From Schmidtea polychroa (lineage: Eukaryota), in the NCBI GenBank assembly GCA_044892525.1, contig CM097885.1, positions 42,348,001 through 42,412,000 on the forward strand: a stretch of 64,000 nt of DNA. The letters run 5' to 3'. The position numbers were made by a program, and so were the translations under genes. Every line of letters starts with the position of its first letter. The stretch's first letter is position 1. Positions 13,183-23,657 of this stretch are shown piece after piece. The notes under the pieces were generated by a model, which made no database searches, had not been told where the DNA came from, and saw only the letters and a program-made list of their open reading frames with translations.

Positions 13183-15344
13183 ACTACTATCTGTATTTAG
13201 CGATAATAAAAAGTTAGAAAATAATAGCAATTTTGTTTTAATTGTTAACAAAAAAATGATAGCCATAAAATTTGTTATTGATGCCTGTTTTTCATCTCGA
13301 AGCCAATATATTTTTATTTTAGTATCTTTAAGTTTATATATTTCTTTCTCCTATTTCCAAAATTTCTAGTTATCAAAAACTTTATTTATTTAACTTTATT
13401 ATTACGAACTTATTCAGTTTTTTCTTAAATCGAATTGTAAGTAAAACTAATAAATGCCAATAAAAAAATGGTTGAAAATGAACTTTTTATATTTTATAAA
13501 TATTCAAACAGTAGTAGAGTTTCTTTCCCGAGCTCTTCATTATTTCAAATTGTTGATTAGATCGGGATTTTCATTTCTTCAGTACATTTCAAATTTACCT
13601 CCTCAGTTAATTCTCTTTCTAATTTAAATCTCTAATAACAAAAGAAAATAAAACTAAATTCATTTAAACAATCAAACAACTCTTACTGCTTTCTCCTTTT
13701 GCCCATTTTGATCCTTTCTGAAGGCATCCATCTTCCAAAAAAATATAATTTACGCACCCAATCAGTTGTTGAACAATTTCAGGTAGATGCTGTTGATTCA
13801 GCACCTACTTTTTCAAATTCCAAATTTCTTTTGGTAATTAAGACAAAATTTGGACAGTAATATAATTTTTTATCCGTCCTTTCTCTAAGATCTTTTTCGA
13901 GCAATTTCCGTCCTGTGCGTTAGGGAGTGACCGACAGCAAAAGGTGAGTCCAATTACTAGATCTGCCGATGCCCTGACGCACTTTAGGGTTCACGGGATT
14001 ACCGAAGAATGTTTCGGTAATTGTCTCCTTATCATCGAAATTCATTGTGATACATGATATTAACTCGAACCACTATTTCCTTATTAATATGGAAGACTGT
14101 TAATTTTAATCCAGATTATTTTATTAAACCAAAATTATGAGAAGTGTAGCAGTGATGATCATCTTACCCTTTGGAAAAAGAAATAGGAATAATACCAAAA
14201 TATTAATAATATCAATTTTATAATAATAAAAAAGGACTTTGTGGTGTTTATAAATTTCAGGATTTTTTGTTTTCATTTAATAATTCAAAATTCATTTTCT
14301 TAAAGTTTATTTCTAATCGATATTTAAAATTTACAAAACTGTAATTACAAATTTAACTTATATAAACAAACGCAATTCCAATATCATTTGTTTTTTTCAA
14401 AAATAAACTTAAATAAATTAAAAAATGTCTAAACACAGAATCAATATACCAAACATTGTAACTCGTAATAATAATAATAATAATTTCATCACCTACCACA
14501 TCATCCTCCGCTCTTTCATTAATAACATTATTATCATTATATCATTATATCATTATCAGTAAGAGTTTAAATAATCGATGTTGATTTAGAGAGGTTCGAT
14601 GTCAGTTATCGCTTGACAGTTTATCTATTTGAGACAGGCGACGATATGAAAAGGGGTTAATTTGATTCAATGAGGTCCAGCAAGTGACAATCGACGGAGG
14701 AATTTGACGGATGATTGTTTACCGATTTGTCGGACACATTTTCAAATTTATTAAGCCAAGATTACCCGCAGTAGGGTATTGGAAAATATTCGTGGCTCAT
14801 AGTACTCTGTTGGCTTTCGAACAAATAATTCTGAACAATTTCCAATTTCAGTGAATGGAAAGCAACGTTCCATTTTTTTGTATATAATACTTATATAGAT
14901 TTTGCTAAGGCCGTCTAACGGCTCACTACAGACTTCATGATAAATACAATGAATGATTATAGTATTAAATAGTAACAATACTAACCGTAATCGACCGAAC
15001 AATAATGATAATAATAATAAATATAATAATATTATCAATAATAATTAAAATAAAAAACTAATCAACTAACTAATAGTAATGAATATTATCATAATGATGA
15101 CTTGATGAAAATAATTATAACAATAACCATCAAAATGATAGAAATCTACCGATAATCTTATTATTACTCGAAACATTCCATGTCATTGAAGTATTCAAAT
15201 GATGCATTTGACAAATACAAGGATATGCAGCACCCACTAGTGCATACTTTAATACGGGAGGTAATGATCAGAGTAATTTACTATTTAATTTTGATATTGA
15301 TGTGGATATTGGTCATCATAATGTTAATAATGTAAATATTGTAA

Positions 15345-15536
15345 ATTTCTCTCCAGAAGCCCTTGGTTTCATATAAATATCATATTTTAAAGTTATAATT
15401 TCTGCTTCAAGTGTAATATTATCCATATAAAAATATTTTTTGTTTTAATATTGCTATCAAATAGAAAACTCATGAATAAAATTACACAAAGGCTTTAAAA
15501 ATCATGGAAGCGGTTGTCAAATTTTTCAATGACGTT
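15345..15536 (-). pseudogene. hAT (SPIN/GTF2IRD2-like) transposase remnant, C-terminal part, interrupted by the Polinton
   Basis: Translates NVIEKFDNRFHDF...LEAEIITLK; continues the remnant at 31410-31760. Confidence 0.6.
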
Positions 15537-16025
15537 AGTAGTATGATGTGAGCTCCCCAGATCATGAGCTCCCCGCATCACATACCCCCCTCCCCCCCCG
15601 GAAAAAAAAATTTTTAGAACGATGCCACATATTTTTAGAACTATTACGTAACCAATGCCTAATATTTTTAGAACTATTACGTAATTTTTTAAAATTAAGT
15701 GATCTGGCGGGCTCACACTTTTTTTCATCCCAAAAATTAATGTTCCCATTATCCGAATTTATTGGACAATACCTCATCTTAAAGCTCAGTGCAAGACCTT
15801 TCGAATGAGCCATAGAAGGTATCATCATCATTATTATTAACAAAGAGAATGACTCACCCAACGATGTCTAATATTTTTAGAACGATGCCTAATATTTTTA
15901 GAATGATTACGTCATAATTTTATAACGATGCCTAATATTTTTAGAATGGTGCCTCTTAATTTTAGAACTAATAATTTTTGTTTTAATTATCGATTACATA
16001 ATAATTTAATTTGTTTAAATCGTTG

Positions 16026-16072
<47 letters not shown>

Positions 16073-16190
16073 CATATATACACCGAGTCTATCCGACAAG
16101 ATATTCTGTCCCCCTATGGGTACTGCACACAAATGTACATCTCACATTCAACAAGTCGCAATGGTACTGCTCACACTCAATACGTTGTAA

Positions 16191-16274
<84 letters not shown>

Positions 16275-16384
16275 ATTATAATTATTATATACTCATAGTC
16301 TATCCGACAAGATATTCTGTCCCCCTATGGGTACTGCACACAAATGTACTACTCACACTCAACAAGTCACATGGGTACTGTTCA
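15537..16384 (+). repeat. Left terminal inverted repeat
   Basis: Reverse complement of 30124-31042 apart from arm-specific internal duplications; internal ATATTTTTAGAAC sub-repeats and (ATT)n. Confidence 0.92.
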
Positions 16385-16741
16385 TATTATTATTATTATT
16401 ATTTTTTTCAAAGATATTTAGTTACATGCTCACTGCAAACTAAAGTAAATATGAACAGTATTATCAAATTAAATAAAACTTTATAAAAATTTAAATTCTT
16501 TTAATGGCTCAAAACAAAGTCCTGTTCCATAGTGACAACATTACTAGTTTTCAATAATAAAACAAATTTTAATATACTTTCTATGTTTAAACACTTAAGG
16601 AATGTTTAATAATATTACACAATATAATGATTTTTATCCATAGAAAGAAATACGAAAACGTTTCATTAATTAAAATCAACACAAATCAATGTTTTTACAA
16701 AGTTATATTTATTTATCACAGGAAAAAGATATTAAAATCGC

Positions 16742-19700
16742 TTAATCACTCAATTGTACATCGTCAATATCAATTTCATCATTAGGATCATCACCAGAAT
16801 CGAAATCTGGACTTAAACCATTGAAAAGTGGACCCACTTCCTCATCACCAGAAACAAAATCTGGACTTAATCCTCCGAATAGTGCCCCAACTTCTTCAAA
16901 TATTTGATCATCATTTATATCATCTAGTGCTAAATAATGACCAAATGCGAGACTGGAATTTTTCCCCACCCAAAACCGCTTGTCGTCGTTGTTTGACAAC
17001 GCGATTTTATTGTTTTTAAATGTGTACAATTGCTGGTTCCGCGTCCCTATCCTACATTGTGGCACAGAAAATACTACGTCGTTATTGTAGCATTCTAAAT
17101 ATGATTCGTGCCTAATTTCTGTACCTATTAACCTAACTCCTTTTGCCTTTAAATGATCTTTAGCCCCTAACAAACTATAGCACTTGGGTCTTAAGAAAAC
17201 CCATTCCTTATACCCTAGACCTTTACTTTCATCTTTAAATTTACCTATCACAGAATCAAGGTTTCTAGAGTATAATGGATGTGCAGGGTCATAGTTGGAA
17301 GTATCTAAAAGATTGTCACGAATCATTGCCGGCAAAAGAGTGTCAAGCTTACAGTGTCTAACCTCAAGAAAAAAGGAGTCAGTATCGCCGGCAACGATAT
17401 TTATCTCACATTTAAATTCATTTCTATATTTAGCCAATTCTATATACTGTAACTGGTACATCCTCAGTTTAGACAGGTCTAGCACCGTTTGGCCAATGTA
17501 ACTAGGCCTGTCTAAACATATAGAATCCTTATATAGATGTGCAGCAATCAAGTCATCATCAATTTTGATAGATTTCTTGAAAGTCGGCTTTGAAGCATAT
17601 ACAATCATCTTTTCAGATGAATTGCATAGCCTCAAATTCATCCGTTTTTTAAGGTTTTCTACGGATTTCCCATACAGACTATTATTAAATAATTTGTATA
17701 GATCCCTATATAATTCGCATGTAGAATTGGCTCTCAAATTAGTGTTTTTGTCTATGTAAGATTTAAAAATGGGTGCATGCTTAAATTTGATTGCTCTATG
17801 TACATTTTTAATAATAGCCCCCAATTCTATATACAACTTGAGAAGTCGCCAATGAAGAACATGGTTCTTCTTCGGCCAATGCGTGAGCATCAGCTTCTCA
17901 ACTTTAGAATTTGGCGGGCACATCTTTTCCGGAGCAAGAGGAAAATCATTCAGAAAGTCATGCAAACAATCAGGTATATCGATATCTACCTCCATAGTAT
18001 AACCATATGGAAGGTTATCGATATCAGCATTCATACATTCATTCAAGACAGAATCAAGATCATCATACACCCAAACAAAGTCAGCATAAGGCAGATTTTG
18101 GCTTAAGGCCCAACCATACAAGTTATTAATATCAATATACAAGAGTTCTGTGTCTTCAGAACTTGCAACATAATGTTTGTTAACAAATGTTAACCCACCC
18201 CGTATCCCTCCTTCATAGAAATTAAACATTTCCATGTCCTGCAAAAGTTCAATGGGTTCCGTTAATGTCATAAGCGCAGAGGCCCATGACATACCGGGAA
18301 TGCCATAGAAATTAAGAGGCTCAAGACCATTGTAAGCAATGGCCTTTGCACGGAATTGTTGAAAATAGTCTGCGAGGAGAAACACGTCTAATTTAAGGTA
18401 AGTTAACATGTAATCTAACATGTTGTTGCAGTTTTGCTGAGTCCAAATAACTTGGGCTAATGCATACTCATCATTAGACACAGAATCCCAAATAGGAGGC
18501 AATTCAAGAGTCGATTCCAGAACCTCAAGAGATGTGGCAAAGTCATAAGGAAAGATACCTTTGGCTCGAACAATTGCGCCATCAAAAACAGAAGAAGTTA
18601 AAGGCAGATCGGAAAGAGTCTTAACTGCTTTTGCTAAAGACGAATTAACAAACTGCATGCTGTCAATAAAACGAACAGACAGTTTGTTAATGTATGCGAT
18701 GAGAGAGATGAATTTCTCGGTAGTGGTCGGAATAATATTTAATTCCCAAGAAGGAAAATTATTGAGACCGTACTTCAAAATATGATGGAGATCATACCCC
18801 CTCAAATTATGAAAAACCACAGGTAACTGTCTCTGAATTCGCCGAGACACATTACATTTCCTACAGGCAGCACCAAGATACTTACCTGAGAAGTGGCAAT
18901 GATCCCTAACTCTATTTCTAATAAATTTTTTACAAAGGTAGCAGGTTCTGGAATCACGAAAGGCCCGCTCTTCAGCGAAAGACAAGGTTTGCATGGACTT
19001 TTTCCCATTAATTTCGTAATATGGCAGGACAATTGTCATAGCAATTTCCTCCACCTTACGCAAGAAAGATAAGATACAATCATCCCCAACAAACTCATAA
19101 TAAAATTTGGAGTTATTATAATTATTTATTAATAATAAACCTGCTGTTATTGGCAAATGCTTTTGATGGTGTATTATATCCCCCGGTAAAATTGATTCAA
19201 AGTCTGCATATATCACGAATGGCGGGGTTATGGTTTTCGCATAATTTTGAAAAATTAAATTTTTATCTTTGGGTAGGGCATATAAAGTTGTTCCTATCTG
19301 GTTTTTAATGCATAAGGCGACATGAATATCAAATGCATTTTTAAGTCGAAATCCGTTAAGACAATGTGGACACCAGTTCACTTGAAGTCTAACGTCACAT
19401 TCACTGCTAGAGCGACAATTCATTAGTCTTTGTAAGTTAAAAACTGCAGTATAATGGAAATTATCACCGTCTTCCAATAAAAGTAAATATATGGGTTCAC
19501 CACCTATAACCTTAGATCGGTGAATAATATCTAATTGAGGATGATGTGGAATATAATTATCGTCAACTATATTTTCAAAAGGCTTAGCAGGGGTTGTTCT
19601 ATAAGTTAAAACATTTATTGCTAAATTTAAATCTTTATTTTTCATCTCGAATTTAGGAATATCACATAGTTTCATTGGACAGTCTGAAATGGGGTCAAAA

Positions 19701-19957
19701 TTTAACTCGTCAAGATAATTTTGATAGGAACTAACTCTATTTCTATTTATATGTACGACATTACGTTTTAAAAGTGCTAAAATACTATATATAAAGCACA
19801 TATCATCGGTGTTTTTAACATTTACTATTGCATTTTTAGATTTTAAAGATGATGGGGTGGGGATATAACTATGTCCAGCTAGCCTATTCATATGTGTAAA
19901 TTTTGTTAATATAAAATCTATTTCTTTGATTTTAACAACCCGCCATCCACTACCCAA
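16742..19957 (-). CDS. pPolB: Protein-primed family B DNA polymerase with endonuclease VII-like Zn insert
   Basis: ExoI YADFES, ExoII FHNLRGYDLH, motif A YIDINNLYGWA, motif B KLFNNSLYGKS, motif C AGDTDS; CYLC...RDHCHFSGKYLGAACRKCN; N-terminal GSGW. Confidence 0.97.
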   Translation of the reverse strand: MGSGWRVVKIKEIDFILTKFTHMNRLAGHSYIPTPSSLKSKNAIVNVKNTDDMCFIYSILALLKRNVVHINRNRVSSYQNYLDELNFDPISDCPMKLCDIPKFEMKNKDLNLAINVLTYRTTPAKPFENIVDDNYIPHHPQLDIIHRSKVIGGEPIYLLLLEDGDNFHYTAVFNLQRLMNCRSSSECDVRLQVNWCPHCLNGFRLKNAFDIHVALCIKNQIGTTLYALPKDKNLIFQNYAKTITPPFVIYADFESILPGDIIHHQKHLPITAGLLLINNYNNSKFYYEFVGDDCILSFLRKVEEIAMTIVLPYYEINGKKSMQTLSFAEERAFRDSRTCYLCKKFIRNRVRDHCHFSGKYLGAACRKCNVSRRIQRQLPVVFHNLRGYDLHHILKYGLNNFPSWELNIIPTTTEKFISLIAYINKLSVRFIDSMQFVNSSLAKAVKTLSDLPLTSSVFDGAIVRAKGIFPYDFATSLEVLESTLELPPIWDSVSNDEYALAQVIWTQQNCNNMLDYMLTYLKLDVFLLADYFQQFRAKAIAYNGLEPLNFYGIPGMSWASALMTLTEPIELLQDMEMFNFYEGGIRGGLTFVNKHYVASSEDTELLYIDINNLYGWALSQNLPYADFVWVYDDLDSVLNECMNADIDNLPYGYTMEVDIDIPDCLHDFLNDFPLAPEKMCPPNSKVEKLMLTHWPKKNHVLHWRLLKLYIELGAIIKNVHRAIKFKHAPIFKSYIDKNTNLRANSTCELYRDLYKLFNNSLYGKSVENLKKRMNLRLCNSSEKMIVYASKPTFKKSIKIDDDLIAAHLYKDSICLDRPSYIGQTVLDLSKLRMYQLQYIELAKYRNEFKCEINIVAGDTDSFFLEVRHCKLDTLLPAMIRDNLLDTSNYDPAHPLYSRNLDSVIGKFKDESKGLGYKEWVFLRPKCYSLLGAKDHLKAKGVRLIGTEIRHESYLECYNNDVVFSVPQCRIGTRNQQLYTFKNNKIALSNNDDKRFWVGKNSSLAFGHYLALDDINDDQIFEEVGALFGGLSPDFVSGDEEVGPLFNGLSPDFDSGDDPNDEIDIDDVQLSD

Positions 19958-20004
19958 ATATGTGAATTTTTCTATTTTATTATTTAATTTGTGAACCCCC
20001 TCAC

Positions 20005-20816
20005 TTAGAAAACTATCTGAAAAAGCCTCTGCCTATTCGAGAAGAAATTATCTTTAATTTCACCATCTTTTTCAAATTGAATCAATACAGAGAATTGTAT
20101 TTTCACCGACCCCATTCTGTTTATTTCATGTTTTAACTTATTAACGATTTTATCGGTTATGGATATTTGAATGATGTTATCCTTTTCTACATTAAATCTT
20201 AGATTCTTTCGAACCCCCTTAAAATCAATTTCGATTTCAGGTTCATCGTCAATATCGACTGAACCGCCTACTTGAATATTATTAACCACAGTTATGTGTT
20301 CTAATTTATTAATTTTAGAGGGAGCATCAGACCCAATACTAACAGCAGGTCTTTTTAAATTATTATTTACATTAATAACATTATTAATTAGAGGTTTTGT
20401 AATATTATTTACATGTTTTGTATTAGTTTTAATTACAGGTTTTGTAATATTATTTACATGTTTTGTATTAGTTTTAATTACAGGTTTTGTAATATTATTT
20501 ACAGGTTTTGTATTATTATTTACAGGTTTTGTAATATTATTTACAGGTTTTGTATTATTCACATTAGTTTTAATTATAGGTTTTGCAGTATTTCGTAGTT
20601 TGTTAAATAAATCCTTTTTATTTAAAGAGAACTGATTTAAATGGGATTTATGAATACTGTAAAACTCTAAATATTTAATGCTATGGGAAGTCTCGCATAT
20701 TGGGCATATATAGTACTTGATGCCATAAAATTTACGACCATAATATTTTTTCATCACTTTGTGACATAAATTTGAGTGACCAGTTGAAGCCTGGCAGTAA
20801 TGTGGATAAAATTTGC
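20005..20816 (-). CDS. Probable N-terminal (terminal-protein-region) exon of pPolB, separated by a 1-nt frameshift near 20033
   Basis: Open from a CAG acceptor at 20817; Cys/His cluster and NN(I/N)TKPV repeats; FFSN joins AEAFSDSFLSEG...LGSGW in the PolB frame if one base is restored. Confidence 0.7.
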
Positions 20817-21173
20817 CTGTTAATTATATTTATCAATTAATATTAATCATGAAATTAATATATCATTTATAGTTCTTTTATCATTTAGTTCTTATAAGGA
20901 TTTTACAATTATTGATATATGTTTCATTTAAATACAATATAAAAATGAAATAAATATTAATAATTGTAAAATATTAATAAAGTCTTGTAAACTATAATAG
21001 GGATTTTATTATTATTATTATTATTGTTTCTGTAGTTACATGCTCACTGTAACCTACATGTTTATATAATAAGAGTCTTTAGTTGCATGCTAACTAAACA
21101 TATTAAATTATTAAAATAATATTATAAAGAGAGTATATGTATAGAATAAAAATATTAGTATTATTATTATTGA

Positions 21174-21666
21174 TGTAGCTGCATGCTCACTGCAGACTAC
21201 ATTTAAAGATTGTAATTATTGCATAATAAATAGTTTGATGCAGCTGCATGCAGACTATATTTAATAAGGGTTAATTATTACGTAATAAATAGTTTGTTGC
21301 AGCTGCATGCAGACTACATTTAAAGATTGTATTTATTACGTAATAAATAGTTTGTTGCAGCTGCATGCAGACTACATTTAAAGATTGTATTTATTACGTA
21401 ATAAATAGTTTGATGCAGCTGCATGCAGACTACATTTAATAAATGGTATTTATTATGTAATAAATATTTGATGCAGCTGACTGCTGACTACATTTATTGG
21501 GGCAATCATAATAAAAGAGATATGTAGCTGCATGCTCACTGCAGACTACATTTATTGGGGCAATCATAATAAAAGAGATATGTAGCTGCATGCTCACTGC
21601 AGACTACATTTATTGGGGCAATCATAATAAAAGAGATATGTAGCTGCATGCTCACTGCAGACTACA
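21174..21666. repeat. ~58-bp tandem array with palindromic cores (9 core copies)
   Basis: TGTAGCTGCATGCTCACTGCAGACTACA / TGCAGCTGCATGCAGACTACA cores; TTTATTACGTAATAAA palindromes in spacers. Confidence 0.92.
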
Positions 21667-21770
21667 AGATATATTTTTATTACTATTTTTAATATTATTA
21701 TTATTATTATTATTATTTTAACTAATGTAGTTGCTCATTGCAAACTACAAGGAATATTTTAAAACTATTG

Positions 21771-22068
21771 TTTCTTAAATACTTTTTAAACATTTTCTTC
21801 ATCATAATATTTTCATCATTTTCTTCATCATAATATTTTCATCATTTTCTTCATCATAATATTTTCATCATTTTCTTCATCATAATATTTTCATCATTTT
21901 CTTCATCATAATATTTTCATCATTTTCTTCATCATCATAATATTTTCATCATTTTCTTCATCATAATATTTTCATCATTTTCTTCATCATCATAATATTT
22001 TCATCATTTTCATAATAAGTTTTTATAAATAAGTTTTTAAAGAAAATGTTTAAAAAGTATTTAAGAAA
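21771..22068. repeat. 26/29-nt tandem array bracketed by a perfect 29-bp inverted repeat
   Basis: (ATTTTCTTCATCATAATATTTTCATC)n; TTTCTTAAATACTTTTTAAACATTTTCTT at 21771-21799 and its reverse complement at 22040-22068. Confidence 0.9.
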
Positions 22069-22113
22069 TTTACAAGGTTTTTAAAAAAATAAATATATAA
22101 AAATAAATAAATA

Positions 22114-22682
22114 CTAACATCGCGATTCCATGTCGGAATCTGATTCATTATCAGCAACCTCCTCAATAGAAGTGAGGGCATTATCCACATTATCAAGCTC
22201 ATCGATTGTATTATCCACATAATTCAGCTCATTGATAGAAGTCAGTGCATTATTCATCTCCTCAATAGAATCATTATTAATTGGAACATCGATTTCAGCG
22301 TCCATGTCAACATTAAACACTAAAATGATTTTTAAAAAATAATATACTAAAATAAAATAAATTTACTTTGTTTATTAAAAACATTGTTTTGCCTAACAAA
22401 TAAGGCATCATTATCCGGGGCATCATTTTGCCCAATAAACACGACATCATCATCGTCGCTAATTATAATAGGTTCTAAATAAAATAATAATTTCATAAAA
22501 ATTAAAATATTTAAATTTACCGAAAATCCTATCAACATTCAAAATTGAATCATCTTCAGTCACTTGGTACCATAAATTCTCTAAAATAATAAATAAAAAT
22601 AATAATAATAATAATAACTAAATAATTTACCATTTTCACCCATCAGCATGGCATTCAAAATTTTGTGTAAATCAGCGTCCAT
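22114..22682 (-). CDS. Four-exon acidic ORF (exons 22682-22631, 22580-22521, 22474-22367, 22319-22119/22114); possibly the 5' exons of pPolB
   Basis: Three GTAAAT...TTTAG introns (50, 46, 47 nt), all phase 1, give an open frame MDADLHKILNAMLMGENENLWYQ...EPIIISDDDD...MFNVDMD. Confidence 0.75.
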
Positions 22683-22740
22683 TTTAATTTAAAATTTGTA
22701 AATTTAAGAATAATTATGACAAATTTTAGAATTGTCAATG

Positions 22741-22824
22741 TTTATATAGAACAGGAATATTTCCATGTCTCAACCAATCAGAATTAAGACACATTCCTGA
22801 ATACTTTTTCCTCTATCAGCCAAT
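22741..22824 (-). promoter_or_regulatory. Pol II-type promoter: two CCAAT boxes plus TATATAAA
   Basis: ATTGG at 22820-22824 and 22774-22778, TATATAAA at 22741-22748, ~60 nt upstream of ATG 22682. Confidence 0.6.
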
Positions 22825-22914
22825 CAAATGGTATCAAATGGGATTGCATATCTTTGTGCATGCACAATGTTTGTGTAGTTAGATAATAATATTTTTCAAA
22901 ATAAATTTAATTAA

Positions 22915-22924
22915 AAATAATAAT

Positions 22925-22961
<37 letters not shown>

Positions 22962-23020
22962 TTAATAATAATAATAATAATGATATTAATAATAATAATA
23001 ATATTAATAATAATAATAAT

Positions 23021-23111
<91 letters not shown>

Positions 23112-23178
23112 TAATAATAATAATATTAATAATATTAATAATAATAATAATAAAATAATAATAATAATAATAAAATAA

Positions 23179-23218
<40 letters not shown>
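22915..23218. repeat. Imperfect (AAT)n microsatellite
   Basis: Seen directly. Confidence 0.97.
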
Positions 23219-23220
<2 letters not shown>

Positions 23221-23245
23221 CAACAAAGGATACAAAATACATTTA

Positions 23246-23629
23246 TTAATCATCAAATTTTTTATACAACAACCAAGCTAAACAATGTTGACCTCATGTT
23301 TGTGTCAAGGGATTTTGAAACATTGTTTTATTATATACAATAGGTTTCCCCATTGTTTGTAGTTTTGATACCAACAAAGCAGGGTAATAGAAACCCATAG
23401 GATCGAACACGAATATATTACTAGGTTTCACATATATTGCAATCCAATGTTCTCCACCAAGATGAGACGATTGAGTATTGACGATTATGGCTTGATTATT
23501 GCTCAAATATGGGATTTTATCGAGAGGAAAAACTCCTACAAATTCATTTCCCAATATCTGTTTTCCAATTCTATTGACCTGAACAGAACTACTTTAATAA
23601 ATTAAACAGTATTGAAAAACTTACTCCAT
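23246..23629 (-). pseudogene. Adenain-like cysteine protease with a 36-nt intron (23624-23589) and in-frame TGA at the catalytic Cys (23294-23296)
   Basis: Spliced MDSVQV...FVGVFPLD...IVNT...GEHW...FDPMG...QNPLTQT*GQHCLAWL. Confidence 0.88.
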
Positions 23630-23657
23630 GACAACTTTTTGGTGTTTCTGTATACAT

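Noticed and set aside
15495..16486. ORFs in the TIRs, mirrored at 30077-31126
   Set aside because: They lie in non-coding terminal repeats and microsatellites; recurrence reflects the inverted repeat only
16828..19032. Short antisense and alternate-frame ORFs within pPolB, and similar shadows of gag/pol/transposase
   Set aside because: No motifs; expected shadow ORFs
21174..21666. CRISPR-like appearance (palindromic repeats with spacers)
   Set aside because: Spacers are repeated rather than unique, there are no cas genes, and the context is eukaryotic
22860..23245. SECIS element for the protease TGA
   Set aside because: Region is microsatellite after an immediate AATAAA; no AUGA/AA/GA stem visible
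22879..23256. Poly-Leu/Ile ORF, similarly 49820-50062 and 14751-15038
   Set aside because: Translation of (ATT)n microsatellite or low-complexity sequence
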